This document shows positions 33,666 to 42,670 of a DNA stretch of 64,000 nucleotides, piece after piece. Position 1 is the stretch's first letter. Each line of letters begins with the position of its first letter. This DNA is from Gemmatimonadota bacterium (GTDB taxonomy: Bacteria; Gemmatimonadota; Gemmatimonadetes; Gemmatimonadales; GWC2-71-9). The notes below the pieces were generated by a model. That model ran no database searches. It was given only the letters and a program-made list of their open reading frames with translations, and was not told the DNA's origin. The DNA lies in the NCBI GenBank assembly GCA_003222085.1, contig QHUK01000010.1, positions 3,688-67,687 of the forward strand, in the 5' to 3' direction. The position numbers and the translations under genes are program-made.

Positions 33666-35792
33666 ATGGCTGCCCTCTCCCGCCTCAAAGCGTCGCCGGG
33701 CCTGCTGGTACGGACGCTCGTCGCGCTCGGTGCCGTCGCAGCGATCGCCGCGGGGCTGGCGGCGTTCGCGACTCGACGGGTGCCGCTCGGCGCGGATGTC
33801 GCGGAGGAAATCGTGGTGCTCGTCGTGGTCGGCGCGCTGACCCGCCGCTACGGCATCGCCCTCCCGGGCAACGGGTTCGCCTCGTACATCCTCGGCGTCA
33901 CGGCGTACGCCATCCTCGACCGTGGCTGGCCTTTCGCCGTCCTCGTCGCGCCGCTCGCGGTGGTCGCGGGCGACCTCGCACTGCGCCGTCTGCCCGTGGC
34001 CGCGGCGCTCGACAACGCGGCGCACCTCACGACGGGCGCGGCCCTCGCCGGGCTCGCATACGCGCGACTCGGCGGGGCCAAGGACGCCCAGGCGCTCGCC
34101 GCGGGCAACCTCGTGCCCCTCGTCGTGTTCCTCGTCCTGCTTCCTTGCGTCGTGAACGGGACCTTCTACATCGAGTTGGCGCTCGGGCGTACGCTCGCCT
34201 GGGTCGACGCCGCACTCACCGCCCGATGGGAGGCCGTCGTCTACGCCTGCTCGGTGGGTCTGGCCCTCGCGTCCGTCGACCTTGCGCACGCGGGCCTCGA
34301 CATGATCGGGCTTCTGGTGATCGGCGCTCTACTCGTGGGCGCCGCCGTCGCGAGCGTGTCGGTCATCCGGCGGGGGGTTCGCGCCGATGAGCTCGCGCTC
34401 ATTCAGGGGTTGTCACAGGCGATGGCGCGGGACATCAGCCTGGCGAAGAGCTTCCCGCGGATTCAGGAGCTCGCCCGACGCCTGGTCCCGTGGGAGCACA
34501 TGGGCTTCGCGCGGTACGACGCGGGGACGAACGAGATGGAGCTCGTCGCGGACACGGCGACGGGCGATCGGGAGGGGCGAACGGTCCGCTTCGACGCGAA
34601 TGCGGGGCTCGCCGGCGAGGCCGTGCGGCTGCGGCGGCCGGTCGTGGGCCACGCGGTCTCCCCCGAGCACGTGCTCGTGCCGGGGCGGGAACCACCCGGC
34701 TCGGAGGTGCTGCTGCCGCTGTACCACGCCGGACAGCTGGTGGGCCTGTGGAGCGTGCGGCACTCGGATCCCACCATGTACCGTGACGCCGACGCCGACT
34801 TGCTGGAGCTGTTGGCGCCACAGCTGGCGCTGATGCTCGCGATCGAGGGCTCGGTTCTGCCGGTCGTCGGGGCGTCGGGTCGCACAAGCGCTTACGTGCA
34901 GACCCTGACCGCGACGGCCGAGGAGATCCACGCCGCGAGCCAGGAGGTGGCGGCCTCGGCGCGGCGCGCCAGCCAGGGAGCCGCCCAAGCGGCGAGCCTC
35001 GTGAGCGCGCTGGCCCGCGACTCGGAGCAGCTGACCCAGCACGCCGGCGAGGTGGCTGCCGCGGGGGCCCAGACCCGCGATTCGGGTGCACAGATGGAGC
35101 AGACCACCGAGAAGGTCCGTCTCGCGACCCAGACGGCGGTCCGTCGCCTCACGGATCTCGGTGTGACCACCGAAGAGAGTGCCCGCGAGGTGCGGCGCCT
35201 GCGCGACGTGGCAGAGCAGGTCGAGAAGTTCTCGGAAACGATCGGCTTCATCGCGAATCAGACGAACCTGCTCGCGCTCAACGCCACAATCGAAGCGGCG
35301 CGGGCCGGCGTGCACGGCCGCGGTTTCGCGGTGGTCGCGGACGAGGTCCACAAACTCGCCGAGGCGAGCGGTCGAGAGGCGCGCAACGTCGGCAAATCCG
35401 CCCAAGAGACCCGCCGGGCGCTCGACCGGGCCGCGCAGCTGCTCGAGCGTGTCCGAGGCGACCTCGGAGACGTCGTGCGCTCTTCGACCGACTGGGTGCA
35501 GGACCTGACGCGAATCGCGGAGGCAGCGGGCGGCACGGCGCGCGCCGGGAAGCAGGTCGCGGAGCTGGCGCAGGGCATCAGCGAGCGGGCGGGCAGGATC
35601 AGTCAGTCACTCGAGCAGGCCAGGGCGGGTGCTCACGCCTCTACTCAGGAAGCCGAAGCCGTCGCCGCCGCCGCCGCGGAACAGCTGCAGGCCATCGAAG
35701 GACTCGCTCACGGCGCGACCGAGCTGGCGGCGCTCGCCGACAACCTCGCCAGGGCCGTCCGGTTCGTGCGCGGCGAGAACGGGCGACAGTAG
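33666..35792 (+). CDS. Methyl-accepting chemotaxis-type protein with a polytopic membrane N-terminus and a GAF domain
   Basis: It has the highly conserved MCP hairpin '[38 protein letters not shown]', a GAF-like middle region ('...[21 protein letters not shown]'), and multiple N-terminal TM helices. Confidence 0.8.
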   Translation: MAALSRLKASPGLLVRTLVALGAVAAIAAGLAAFATRRVPLGADVAEEIVVLVVVGALTRRYGIALPGNGFASYILGVTAYAILDRGWPFAVLVAPLAVVAGDLALRRLPVAAALDNAAHLTTGAALAGLAYARLGGAKDAQALAAGNLVPLVVFLVLLPCVVNGTFYIELALGRTLAWVDAALTARWEAVVYACSVGLALASVDLAHAGLDMIGLLVIGALLVGAAVASVSVIRRGVRADELALIQGLSQAMARDISLAKSFPRIQELARRLVPWEHMGFARYDAGTNEMELVADTATGDREGRTVRFDANAGLAGEAVRLRRPVVGHAVSPEHVLVPGREPPGSEVLLPLYHAGQLVGLWSVRHSDPTMYRDADADLLELLAPQLALMLAIEGSVLPVVGASGRTSAYVQTLTATAEEIHAASQEVAASARRASQGAAQAASLVSALARDSEQLTQHAGEVAAAGAQTRDSGAQMEQTTEKVRLATQTAVRRLTDLGVTTEESAREVRRLRDVAEQVEKFSETIGFIANQTNLLALNATIEAARAGVHGRGFAVVADEVHKLAEASGREARNVGKSAQETRRALDRAAQLLERVRGDLGDVVRSSTDWVQDLTRIAEAAGGTARAGKQVAELAQGISERAGRISQSLEQARAGAHASTQEAEAVAAAAAEQLQAIEGLAHGATELAALADNLARAVRFVRGENGRQ

Positions 35793-35886
35793 CTCGGTGA
35801 CCCACGTCACCACGTCCGTTCTCCGGGGTTTCTAACCGGAGCCCGAGTTATTACCGTAGGGCCGGCCCTAGAGGAGAAGCCGGTCC

Positions 35887-37335
35887 GTGCGGACACTCGC
35901 GGTCCTGGGAGTAGCGCTCGCGTGCGGGACCTCCGGCCTCGGTGCGCAGCGCGCGCACGAGTTCGAGTTCGGCGCGTTCGGATCGTTCACACGCTACGAC
36001 AGAGCCTTCAACCTCGACAACCGGATGGGCGGCGGCGGCCGGCTGGGCTATTTCTTCAGTAACGTCGTCAGCGCGGAGCTCGACGGGGGATATCAGAGCC
36101 CCAATCCGAAGACGGGCAGCGCCTCCCCCACACTCGCCCACGGCAGCGCGAGCCTGGTGCTGAATTTCGGCACCGCCCGCAACCTCTTCTATCTGCTCGG
36201 CGGCTATTCCCGGCTCGACTTCGAGAAGACGGCGCCATACCGCTTCACCGACGACGCCGTCCACGGCGCGATCGGCGACCGCATCTTTCTGGGCGACCGA
36301 GCCGCCCTGCGCCTCGAGGTGCGTGGCGTGTACGCGCCCAGCACGGGATTCGCCGGCGGCGACTGGGCGGGGCACGTCGTCGGCTCCCTCGGCTTGTCCG
36401 TCTTCACCCGGGGCGGCCCGGCAGCGGACACGGACACGGACCACGACGGGGTTCCCGACCAGCGGGATGTGTGCCCCGACACGCCCCTCGGCGCAGCGAC
36501 GGACGCGCGCGGCTGCCCCACTGACTCCGACCACGACGGGGTGTACGACGGCCTCGACCGGTGCCCCGGCACGCCCGCGGGGGCACGCGTCGACTCCAGA
36601 GGCTGCCCCGCCGATGCCGACGGCGATGGCGTGCTCGACGGCCTCGACCAGTGCCCCAGCACACCCGCCGGCGCGAGCGTGGACGCCAAGGGCTGCCCCG
36701 CCGATGCCGACGGCGACGGCGTGCTCGACGGCCTCGACCAGTGTCCCAGCACGCCCGCCGGCGCGGTGGTCGACGCGGTCGGCTGCCCGCTCGACGCGGA
36801 CAAGGACGGCGTCCCGGACGGACTCGACAAGTGTCCCAACACGCCGCCCGGGGCGGAGGTGGACGACGTCGGCTGCCAGCGCTTCAAGGACTCGGACGGC
36901 GACGGCGTGGACGACACGAAGGACCGCTGCCCGGGCACGCCCACCGGCACGCGCGTGGACGCCGCCGGCTGCCCGATTCTGTTCACGCCGGAGCGGACGC
37001 CGGTCATCCTGCGCGGCGTGATCTTCGAGACCGGCAAGTCGGCGCTCAAGCCCGAGTCGTTCACGGTCCTGGATATCGTCGCCCAGTCGCTCAACGCCAA
37101 TCCGGACATCCGGATCGAAATTGCCGGCTACACCGACAACACCGGCTCGGACGCCACCAACCTCCGCCTGTCGCAGGCCCGGGCGGACGCGGTGCGCGCG
37201 TACCTCGGGAGCAAGGGAGTCGCGCCGGGCCGCATGGTGACGAAGGGGTACGGCGCGACGAAACCGATCGCCCCGAATACGACGGTCGCGGGGCGCGCGC
37301 AAAACCGGCGCGTCGAACTGCACCAATTACCTTGA
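35887..37335 (+). CDS. OmpA-family outer membrane protein with a beta-barrel N-domain and thrombospondin type-3 repeats
   Basis: It has a signal peptide and about 6 repeats of 'D.D.DGV.D..D.CP.TP.G..VD..GCP'. The C-terminal OmpA domain reads 'IEIAGYTDNTGSDATNLRLSQARADAVRAYL...NRRVEL'. The start is GTG. Confidence 0.85.
   Translation: MRTLAVLGVALACGTSGLGAQRAHEFEFGAFGSFTRYDRAFNLDNRMGGGGRLGYFFSNVVSAELDGGYQSPNPKTGSASPTLAHGSASLVLNFGTARNLFYLLGGYSRLDFEKTAPYRFTDDAVHGAIGDRIFLGDRAALRLEVRGVYAPSTGFAGGDWAGHVVGSLGLSVFTRGGPAADTDTDHDGVPDQRDVCPDTPLGAATDARGCPTDSDHDGVYDGLDRCPGTPAGARVDSRGCPADADGDGVLDGLDQCPSTPAGASVDAKGCPADADGDGVLDGLDQCPSTPAGAVVDAVGCPLDADKDGVPDGLDKCPNTPPGAEVDDVGCQRFKDSDGDGVDDTKDRCPGTPTGTRVDAAGCPILFTPERTPVILRGVIFETGKSALKPESFTVLDIVAQSLNANPDIRIEIAGYTDNTGSDATNLRLSQARADAVRAYLGSKGVAPGRMVTKGYGATKPIAPNTTVAGRAQNRRVELHQLP
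36427..36969 (+). repeat. 90-bp (30-codon) tandem repeats encoding TSP3 calcium-binding repeats
   Basis: There are six consecutive units. Units 3 and 4 (about 36601-36780) are nearly identical at nucleotide level over their first ~70 nt. Confidence 0.8.
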
Positions 37336-37358
37336 GCGCGTTGCGCGCGGGAGCCGAC

Positions 37359-38957
37359 ATGAGACGGTTCGGGATGCTGGCGGCGGGGCTGGTGCTCGCC
37401 GCAGGACGCCTCGCAGCGCAGCACGCCGGGCAGGTCGAAGTCGGCGCGTTCGGCTCCTATACGCGTTACGACGCCACGTTCGGGCTCGCCCACAAGATCG
37501 GGGGCGGCGTCCGGCTGGGATACCTGCTGGGCAACATCGTCGGCGTGGAAGGCGACATCCTGTTTCAACCCGAGTACACCGTCTCACCGGGCGGCACGCC
37601 CACCACACTCGAGCCGTTGATCGGCAGCGCGTCCCTCGTGATCAACGCGGTGCATACGAGCCGACTCATGGTCTACGTGCTCGGCGGCTACTCGCTGCTC
37701 GACTTCGGCACGCGCGCGCCCTACAGCTTTACCGATAACGGCGCCCACGGCGGCGCCGGTATGCGCCTGTTCCTGACCGAGCGCATCGCGCTGCGCGCGG
37801 AGGGGCGGGCCATTTACAGCCCCAGCACCCGGTCGACGTTCGGCCCCAAGACGGCGACGCATTACGTTGCCACCGCGGGGCTCTCCGTGTTCCATCTGGG
37901 TACCCCGTCCAAGGATTCCGACCACGACGGCGTCCCCGACGCGAAGGACGCCTGCCCGGACACCCCCGCCGGAGCGGCCGTCGACTCGAAGGGTTGCCCC
38001 ATCGATTCCGACCATGACGGCGTGTACGATGGGATCGACAAGTGCCCCGGCACGCCGACGGGCGCGCACGTCGATGCGACGGGTTGCCCCACCGATAGCG
38101 ACGCCGACGGCGTCCCCGACGGGATCGATCAGTGCCCGGCCACGCCGGCGGGCGTGCACGTGGACGCGAAGGGCTGTCCGGTCGACTCCGATGGCGACGG
38201 CGTCCCCGATGGCGTCGACCAGTGTCCCAATACGCCCGCGGGCGTAACGGTCGACGCGGCCGGCTGCCCGCTGGACTCGGACAAGGATGGCGTCCCCGAC
38301 GGCATCGACAAGTGCCCCAACACGCCGGCCGGAGCCACGGTGGACGCGAGCGGGTGCCCGCTGGACGCGGACCTCGATGGCGTACCGGATGGGCTCGACC
38401 AATGTCCCAACACGCCGGCGGGCACCAAGGTAGATGCGGCAGGCTGCCCGCTGCCCGTCGGAGCGGTCAAGGCACCGGCGGCGGCGCCGCTCCCCACCCC
38501 CACCCCGCCCGGCAAGTGCCCGCCCACCCCGCCGGGGAGTCAGGTGGATGCGAACGGCTGTCTCATTCTGTTCACGCCCGAGGCCGCGCGGTCTGCGACG
38601 CCGGGTGCGCCGCCACGGCCCACGCTGATTCTGACCGGTGTGAACTTCGAGACCGGCCGGTCGGCCCTGACGCGCGACTCCTACATGGTGCTCGACGCGG
38701 TCGCGGCCTCGCTGCTCGCGAACCCGGACATCCGGATCGAGATCGCCGGATACACCGACAGTACCGGCACGAAATTCATGAACCTCCGGCTGTCGCAGGG
38801 GCGCGCCGCCGCCGTGCGCTTCTACCTCGCGCGCAAGGGCGTCGCGCCTGCCCGTATGGTTGCCAAGGGGTACGGCGCGTCGGGCTACATCGCGCCCAAC
38901 AGGACCGCGGCCGGGCGCGCGCAGAACCGTCGGGTGGAGCTGCACAAGCTGCCGTAG
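37359..38957 (+). CDS. OmpA-family outer membrane protein with TSP3 repeats (tandem paralog)
   Basis: It has the same architecture as the upstream gene. The signal peptide is 'MRRFGMLAAGLVLAAGRLAAQ'. It has about 6-7 TSP3 units and the OmpA domain 'IEIAGYTDSTGTKFMNLRLSQGRAAAVRFYL'. Confidence 0.85.
   Translation: MRRFGMLAAGLVLAAGRLAAQHAGQVEVGAFGSYTRYDATFGLAHKIGGGVRLGYLLGNIVGVEGDILFQPEYTVSPGGTPTTLEPLIGSASLVINAVHTSRLMVYVLGGYSLLDFGTRAPYSFTDNGAHGGAGMRLFLTERIALRAEGRAIYSPSTRSTFGPKTATHYVATAGLSVFHLGTPSKDSDHDGVPDAKDACPDTPAGAAVDSKGCPIDSDHDGVYDGIDKCPGTPTGAHVDATGCPTDSDADGVPDGIDQCPATPAGVHVDAKGCPVDSDGDGVPDGVDQCPNTPAGVTVDAAGCPLDSDKDGVPDGIDKCPNTPAGATVDASGCPLDADLDGVPDGLDQCPNTPAGTKVDAAGCPLPVGAVKAPAAAPLPTPTPPGKCPPTPPGSQVDANGCLILFTPEAARSATPGAPPRPTLILTGVNFETGRSALTRDSYMVLDAVAASLLANPDIRIEIAGYTDSTGTKFMNLRLSQGRAAAVRFYLARKGVAPARMVAKGYGASGYIAPNRTAAGRAQNRRVELHKLP
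37914..38444 (+). repeat. 90-bp tandem repeats encoding TSP3 repeats
   Basis: There are six consecutive 'CP.DSD.DGVPDG.D.CP.TPAG..VDA.G' units. Confidence 0.8.
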
Positions 38958-38995
38958 CGGCGGTGGGCGGGGCCTCGGTATGTTCTCCTGCCCCC

Positions 38996-41365
38996 ATGCT
39001 CCGCCCGCAGGTGCTCCTGTTCGCGTTGGCGATCACCGTCGCGCCGGCCCCCCCTGGCGCGGCCCAGCAACCGCGCCGCACGCCGCCGGCCCGGCGCCGC
39101 CCACCGCCGGTGACCGCCCACCGGATACCAACCCCGCGGTCGATCCTGGGCTTCGAGCCCGGCGACGATCGGAAGCTCGCCGACTGGCCCACCCTCGTCC
39201 GGTACTACCAGGCGCTCGCTTCCGCGAGCGATCGGATGCGGTACCGCGAGCTGGGGCACAGCACCCTCGGAGCCCCGCTCATTGCGCTCGCGATCTCGAG
39301 CCCGCAGAACCTGCGGGGCCTGGACCGCTACCGTGAGCTCAACGCGAAGCTCGCAGACCCGCGCGGGTTCAAGACCGCCCGGGAGTCGGAGGACGTGCTG
39401 CGTGACGGCAAGGCCGTCGTGCTCATCACGTCGGGCATCCATTCGACGGAAGTCGGCGGACACCTGACCCCTGCCGTGCTCGCGTACCGGCTCGCGAGCG
39501 ACACCAGTCTCGCGACCCGGACGATCCTCGACAACGTGATCCTCTGGCTGGTGCCGTCGCTCAACCCCGATGGGGTCTCGATCGTGACCCGTTGGTACAA
39601 CCGCACGATCGGCACGGCAGCCGAGGGGACGGATCCACCCGAGCTGTATCATCACTACACCGGGCACGACAACAACCGCGACTGGTACGCGTTCACACAG
39701 ATCGAGACGCAGGTGGTCGTGGACTCGATCCACAACGTGTGGCACCCGCAGATCGTGCACGACATTCACCAGCAGGACACCGACGGGTCGCGGCTCTTCC
39801 TGCCCCCCTACCTCGATCCCATCGAGCCGAACGTCGATCCCCTGCTGGTCGACGGCGTGAACGCCCTCGGCACCGCCATGGCGTGGGCGCTCGCGGGGCA
39901 GGGGAAACCGGGGATCGTCATCAATGCCGTCTACGACGCGTGGACGCCCGCCCGCGCCTACCAGCACTACCACGGCGGCGTCCGCATCCTCTCGGAAGCG
40001 GCGAGCGCGAACCTCGCGTCGCCCCTCGATCTCGCGGCCGACCAGCTCGCCACGCGCGGCCGGGGCTTCAATCCGCGCGAGCGCTCCTGGAACTTCACGA
40101 ATCCGTGGCAGGGCGGTCGGTGGACCCTGCGCGACATCGTGGCCTACCAGACGGACGGAGCCTACGCGCTGCTCGAGAACGCGGCCCGCTACCGGGACCG
40201 CTGGCTCGCGAACTTCCTGACGGTCGAAGGGCGCGCGGTCCGCGGGTGGAAAGGCTGGCCCTACGCGTACGTCATGCCTCGACAGCATCAGGATTCGGTC
40301 GGACTCGCCACGCTGCTTGGCATCCTGCATCGCGGCCAAGTCGAGATTCGCACCGCGCTCCACCCGGTTGCGCTCGGTGGCCAGCGGTTCCCGGCCGGGA
40401 GCTACGTCGTGGTGCTGCGGCAGCCGTATGCCGGGTTCGCCAAGACGCTGCTCGAGCCGCAGCGCTATCCCGACCTTCGACTGTTTGCGGGTGGTCCGCC
40501 ACTCCCGCCGTACGACGTGACCGCCCACACCCTGCCGTTGCTGATGGGCGTGACCGCCGTGCCGGCGCGCGATTCACTGCGCTTCGCCCTGTCCGCCCCG
40601 GTCGAGCCGCCCGCCGCGAGCCCTGGGTATCCCGGCTTCGCCGGCCCGGAGGCGCCGCGGATCGGGCTGTACCGCTCGTACGCCGCGCCGATCGACGAGG
40701 GGTGGACGCGCTGGGTGTTCGATACGTGGAAGGTGCCCTACGTGTCGGTCGTCGACTCGGTGGTGCGGGCAGGGAAGCTCAGAGACCGTTTCGAAGTGAT
40801 CGTCCTGCCGGATCAGTCACCCCACGAGCTGTTCGACGGGCTGCCGAGCCAATATCCCGCGCCCTACGCCGGAGGCCTCGGCCAGGAAGGCGTGGAGGCG
40901 CTGCGCCAGTTCGTGACCGACGGCGGCACGCTCGTCGCCCTCAATGACGCGAGCCGCTTCGTCGTCCAGCGGCTCCTGCTTCCCGTGCGCAACGTCCTCG
41001 AGAGCGTGGCCGACGATGAGTTCTACGCTCCCGGATCGATCTTCCGGCTCGAGCTCGACGCGAGCGACCCGATCGCTCGAGGCTTGCCCCCCCAATCTGT
41101 GGCGTGGTACGAAAGCGGTCCCGCGTTCGAGGTGCTCGATTCCAGCGCCGCGCGTATCGTAGGGCGCTATCCGGTTGATGCGGATAAGGTGCTGCTTTCC
41201 GGCTGGGCCTTGCATCCCGAGCGGGTGGCAGGTCGCGGCGCCCTGGTGGAAGCCAAGCTCGGCACCGGTCGGGTCGTCCTGTTCGGGTTCCGGCCGCAAT
41301 ACCGAGGGCAAAGCATCGCTACTTACCCATTGCTATTCAACAGCTTGCGGCTGACGCCACGGTAA
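38996..41365 (+). CDS. M14-family zinc carboxypeptidase-like protein (secreted)
   Basis: It has a signal peptide, the zinc-ligand motif 'ITSGIHSTEVGG' (HxxE), and 'SLNPDG'. The ATG at 38996 lies inside a longer artefactual ORF. Confidence 0.75.
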   Translation: MLRPQVLLFALAITVAPAPPGAAQQPRRTPPARRRPPPVTAHRIPTPRSILGFEPGDDRKLADWPTLVRYYQALASASDRMRYRELGHSTLGAPLIALAISSPQNLRGLDRYRELNAKLADPRGFKTARESEDVLRDGKAVVLITSGIHSTEVGGHLTPAVLAYRLASDTSLATRTILDNVILWLVPSLNPDGVSIVTRWYNRTIGTAAEGTDPPELYHHYTGHDNNRDWYAFTQIETQVVVDSIHNVWHPQIVHDIHQQDTDGSRLFLPPYLDPIEPNVDPLLVDGVNALGTAMAWALAGQGKPGIVINAVYDAWTPARAYQHYHGGVRILSEAASANLASPLDLAADQLATRGRGFNPRERSWNFTNPWQGGRWTLRDIVAYQTDGAYALLENAARYRDRWLANFLTVEGRAVRGWKGWPYAYVMPRQHQDSVGLATLLGILHRGQVEIRTALHPVALGGQRFPAGSYVVVLRQPYAGFAKTLLEPQRYPDLRLFAGGPPLPPYDVTAHTLPLLMGVTAVPARDSLRFALSAPVEPPAASPGYPGFAGPEAPRIGLYRSYAAPIDEGWTRWVFDTWKVPYVSVVDSVVRAGKLRDRFEVIVLPDQSPHELFDGLPSQYPAPYAGGLGQEGVEALRQFVTDGGTLVALNDASRFVVQRLLLPVRNVLESVADDEFYAPGSIFRLELDASDPIARGLPPQSVAWYESGPAFEVLDSSAARIVGRYPVDADKVLLSGWALHPERVAGRGALVEAKLGTGRVVLFGFRPQYRGQSIATYPLLFNSLRLTPR

Positions 41366-41419
41366 AGTGACGCCCGTCTCTTGTCCGATTGTCGGGTGAT
41401 TCCTATCGTGTAGCCCCCT

Positions 41420-42658
41420 ATGATTGTGGTCCGGCAGGCAGGCGTTCTCTTGCTGGCCGCGCTCCTCACGAGTCGCGGCCTTTTTGCGCAAGACAGCGCC
41501 GCGGTCGCGACCGCCAGTCCCACCGACCAAGTCGCCAGTCCCGCTGATCAAGTCAAGGTTCTGCTGCGGCCAACCGAGATCCGGTACGTCCACCAGGAGT
41601 CCGTGCTGCTCCCGCCGACCGCGAAGATCAAGGGACTGTACGTCAACGCGTGGGCGTTCGGGTCGCCAAAGCTCTGGCAGCTCGTGCGCCTCGCCGACGA
41701 AACCGAGATCAATGCCTTCGTCGTCGACGTGAAAGACGACACCGGCTGCCTGCTCTACCCCTCGACCGTGCCCACCGCCGAGCAGATCGGCGCGAACCGG
41801 TGCGTGCGTGCGAAAGACGCACGTGCGCGGCTCGATACTCTCGCGAAGCACGGCATCTATGCCATCGCGCGTATCGTGGTCGCCAAGGATCCCCTCCTCG
41901 CGGAACGGAAGTCCGGGTGGTCGGTCAAGGAGCGCGGGACGGGTCAACTGTGGCGGGACCGGATCAACATCGCGTGGGTGGACGCCTACAACGACTCCGT
42001 CTGGATCTACGCCGCCCAGCTGGCGCAGGAAGCCGCGCAGATGGGATTCCGGGAGGTGCAGTTCGACTACGTGCGGTTCCCGGACGAGCCCCGGGAGCGG
42101 ATGGCCACCGCCATCTTCCCGGCGCACCGGTCGGGGCAAACCCAGCGCGAAGCGGTGCGCGAGCACGTAGCGCTGCTCAAGGACCGGCTGAAGGCATCGG
42201 GCGTACCGGTCACGTTCGACATCTTCGGGCTCACTGCGTCCGCCACGAGCGACCTCGGCATCGGGCAGGTGTGGGAGGACTTCGTCAGCGTGGCCGACGT
42301 GGTGCTGCCGATGGTGTATCCGAGTCACTACTACCGAGGCGCCTTCGGGTACGCATGGCCCAACGGCCAGCCGTACCGCGTCGTGCGCCGCGCCCTGACC
42401 GAGGCGCTGAAACGCTCAGAACCGCTCCCCGGCTCGGCCGAGATCCGGCCCTTCCTGCAGGCGTTCACGCTCGGGCGCCGGCTCCCCCGCTACACCCCCT
42501 TCGAGATCCGCGAGCAGATCCGTGCGGTCGAAGACCTGGGGATCACCTCGTGGGTGCTGTGGAATCCGCGGAGTGTGTACCAGCGCGGCTCGCTGCGACC
42601 GAAGCAGGGCGCCGAGTCGGCGGCGGGACAGGGCCTCTCCAGCCGCGGCGGCCGCTAA
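41420..42658 (+). CDS. Putative glycoside hydrolase (DUF4015 / COG1306-like), secreted
   Basis: It has a signal peptide and 'KGLYVNAWAFGSPKLWQLVRLADETEINAFVVDVKDDTG', which is typical of this family (recalled from memory). Confidence 0.65.
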   Translation: MIVVRQAGVLLLAALLTSRGLFAQDSAAVATASPTDQVASPADQVKVLLRPTEIRYVHQESVLLPPTAKIKGLYVNAWAFGSPKLWQLVRLADETEINAFVVDVKDDTGCLLYPSTVPTAEQIGANRCVRAKDARARLDTLAKHGIYAIARIVVAKDPLLAERKSGWSVKERGTGQLWRDRINIAWVDAYNDSVWIYAAQLAQEAAQMGFREVQFDYVRFPDEPRERMATAIFPAHRSGQTQREAVREHVALLKDRLKASGVPVTFDIFGLTASATSDLGIGQVWEDFVSVADVVLPMVYPSHYYRGAFGYAWPNGQPYRVVRRALTEALKRSEPLPGSAEIRPFLQAFTLGRRLPRYTPFEIREQIRAVEDLGITSWVLWNPRSVYQRGSLRPKQGAESAAGQGLSSRGGR

Positions 42659-42670
42659 TCGGCCCGACCG

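Noticed and set aside
36561-41365. Long N-terminal extensions of the second OmpA gene (listed from 36561) and of the M14 peptidase (listed from 38132).
   Set aside because: The extensions are alternate-frame translations of the preceding TSP3-repeat genes. Signal peptides at 37359 and 38996 mark the real starts.
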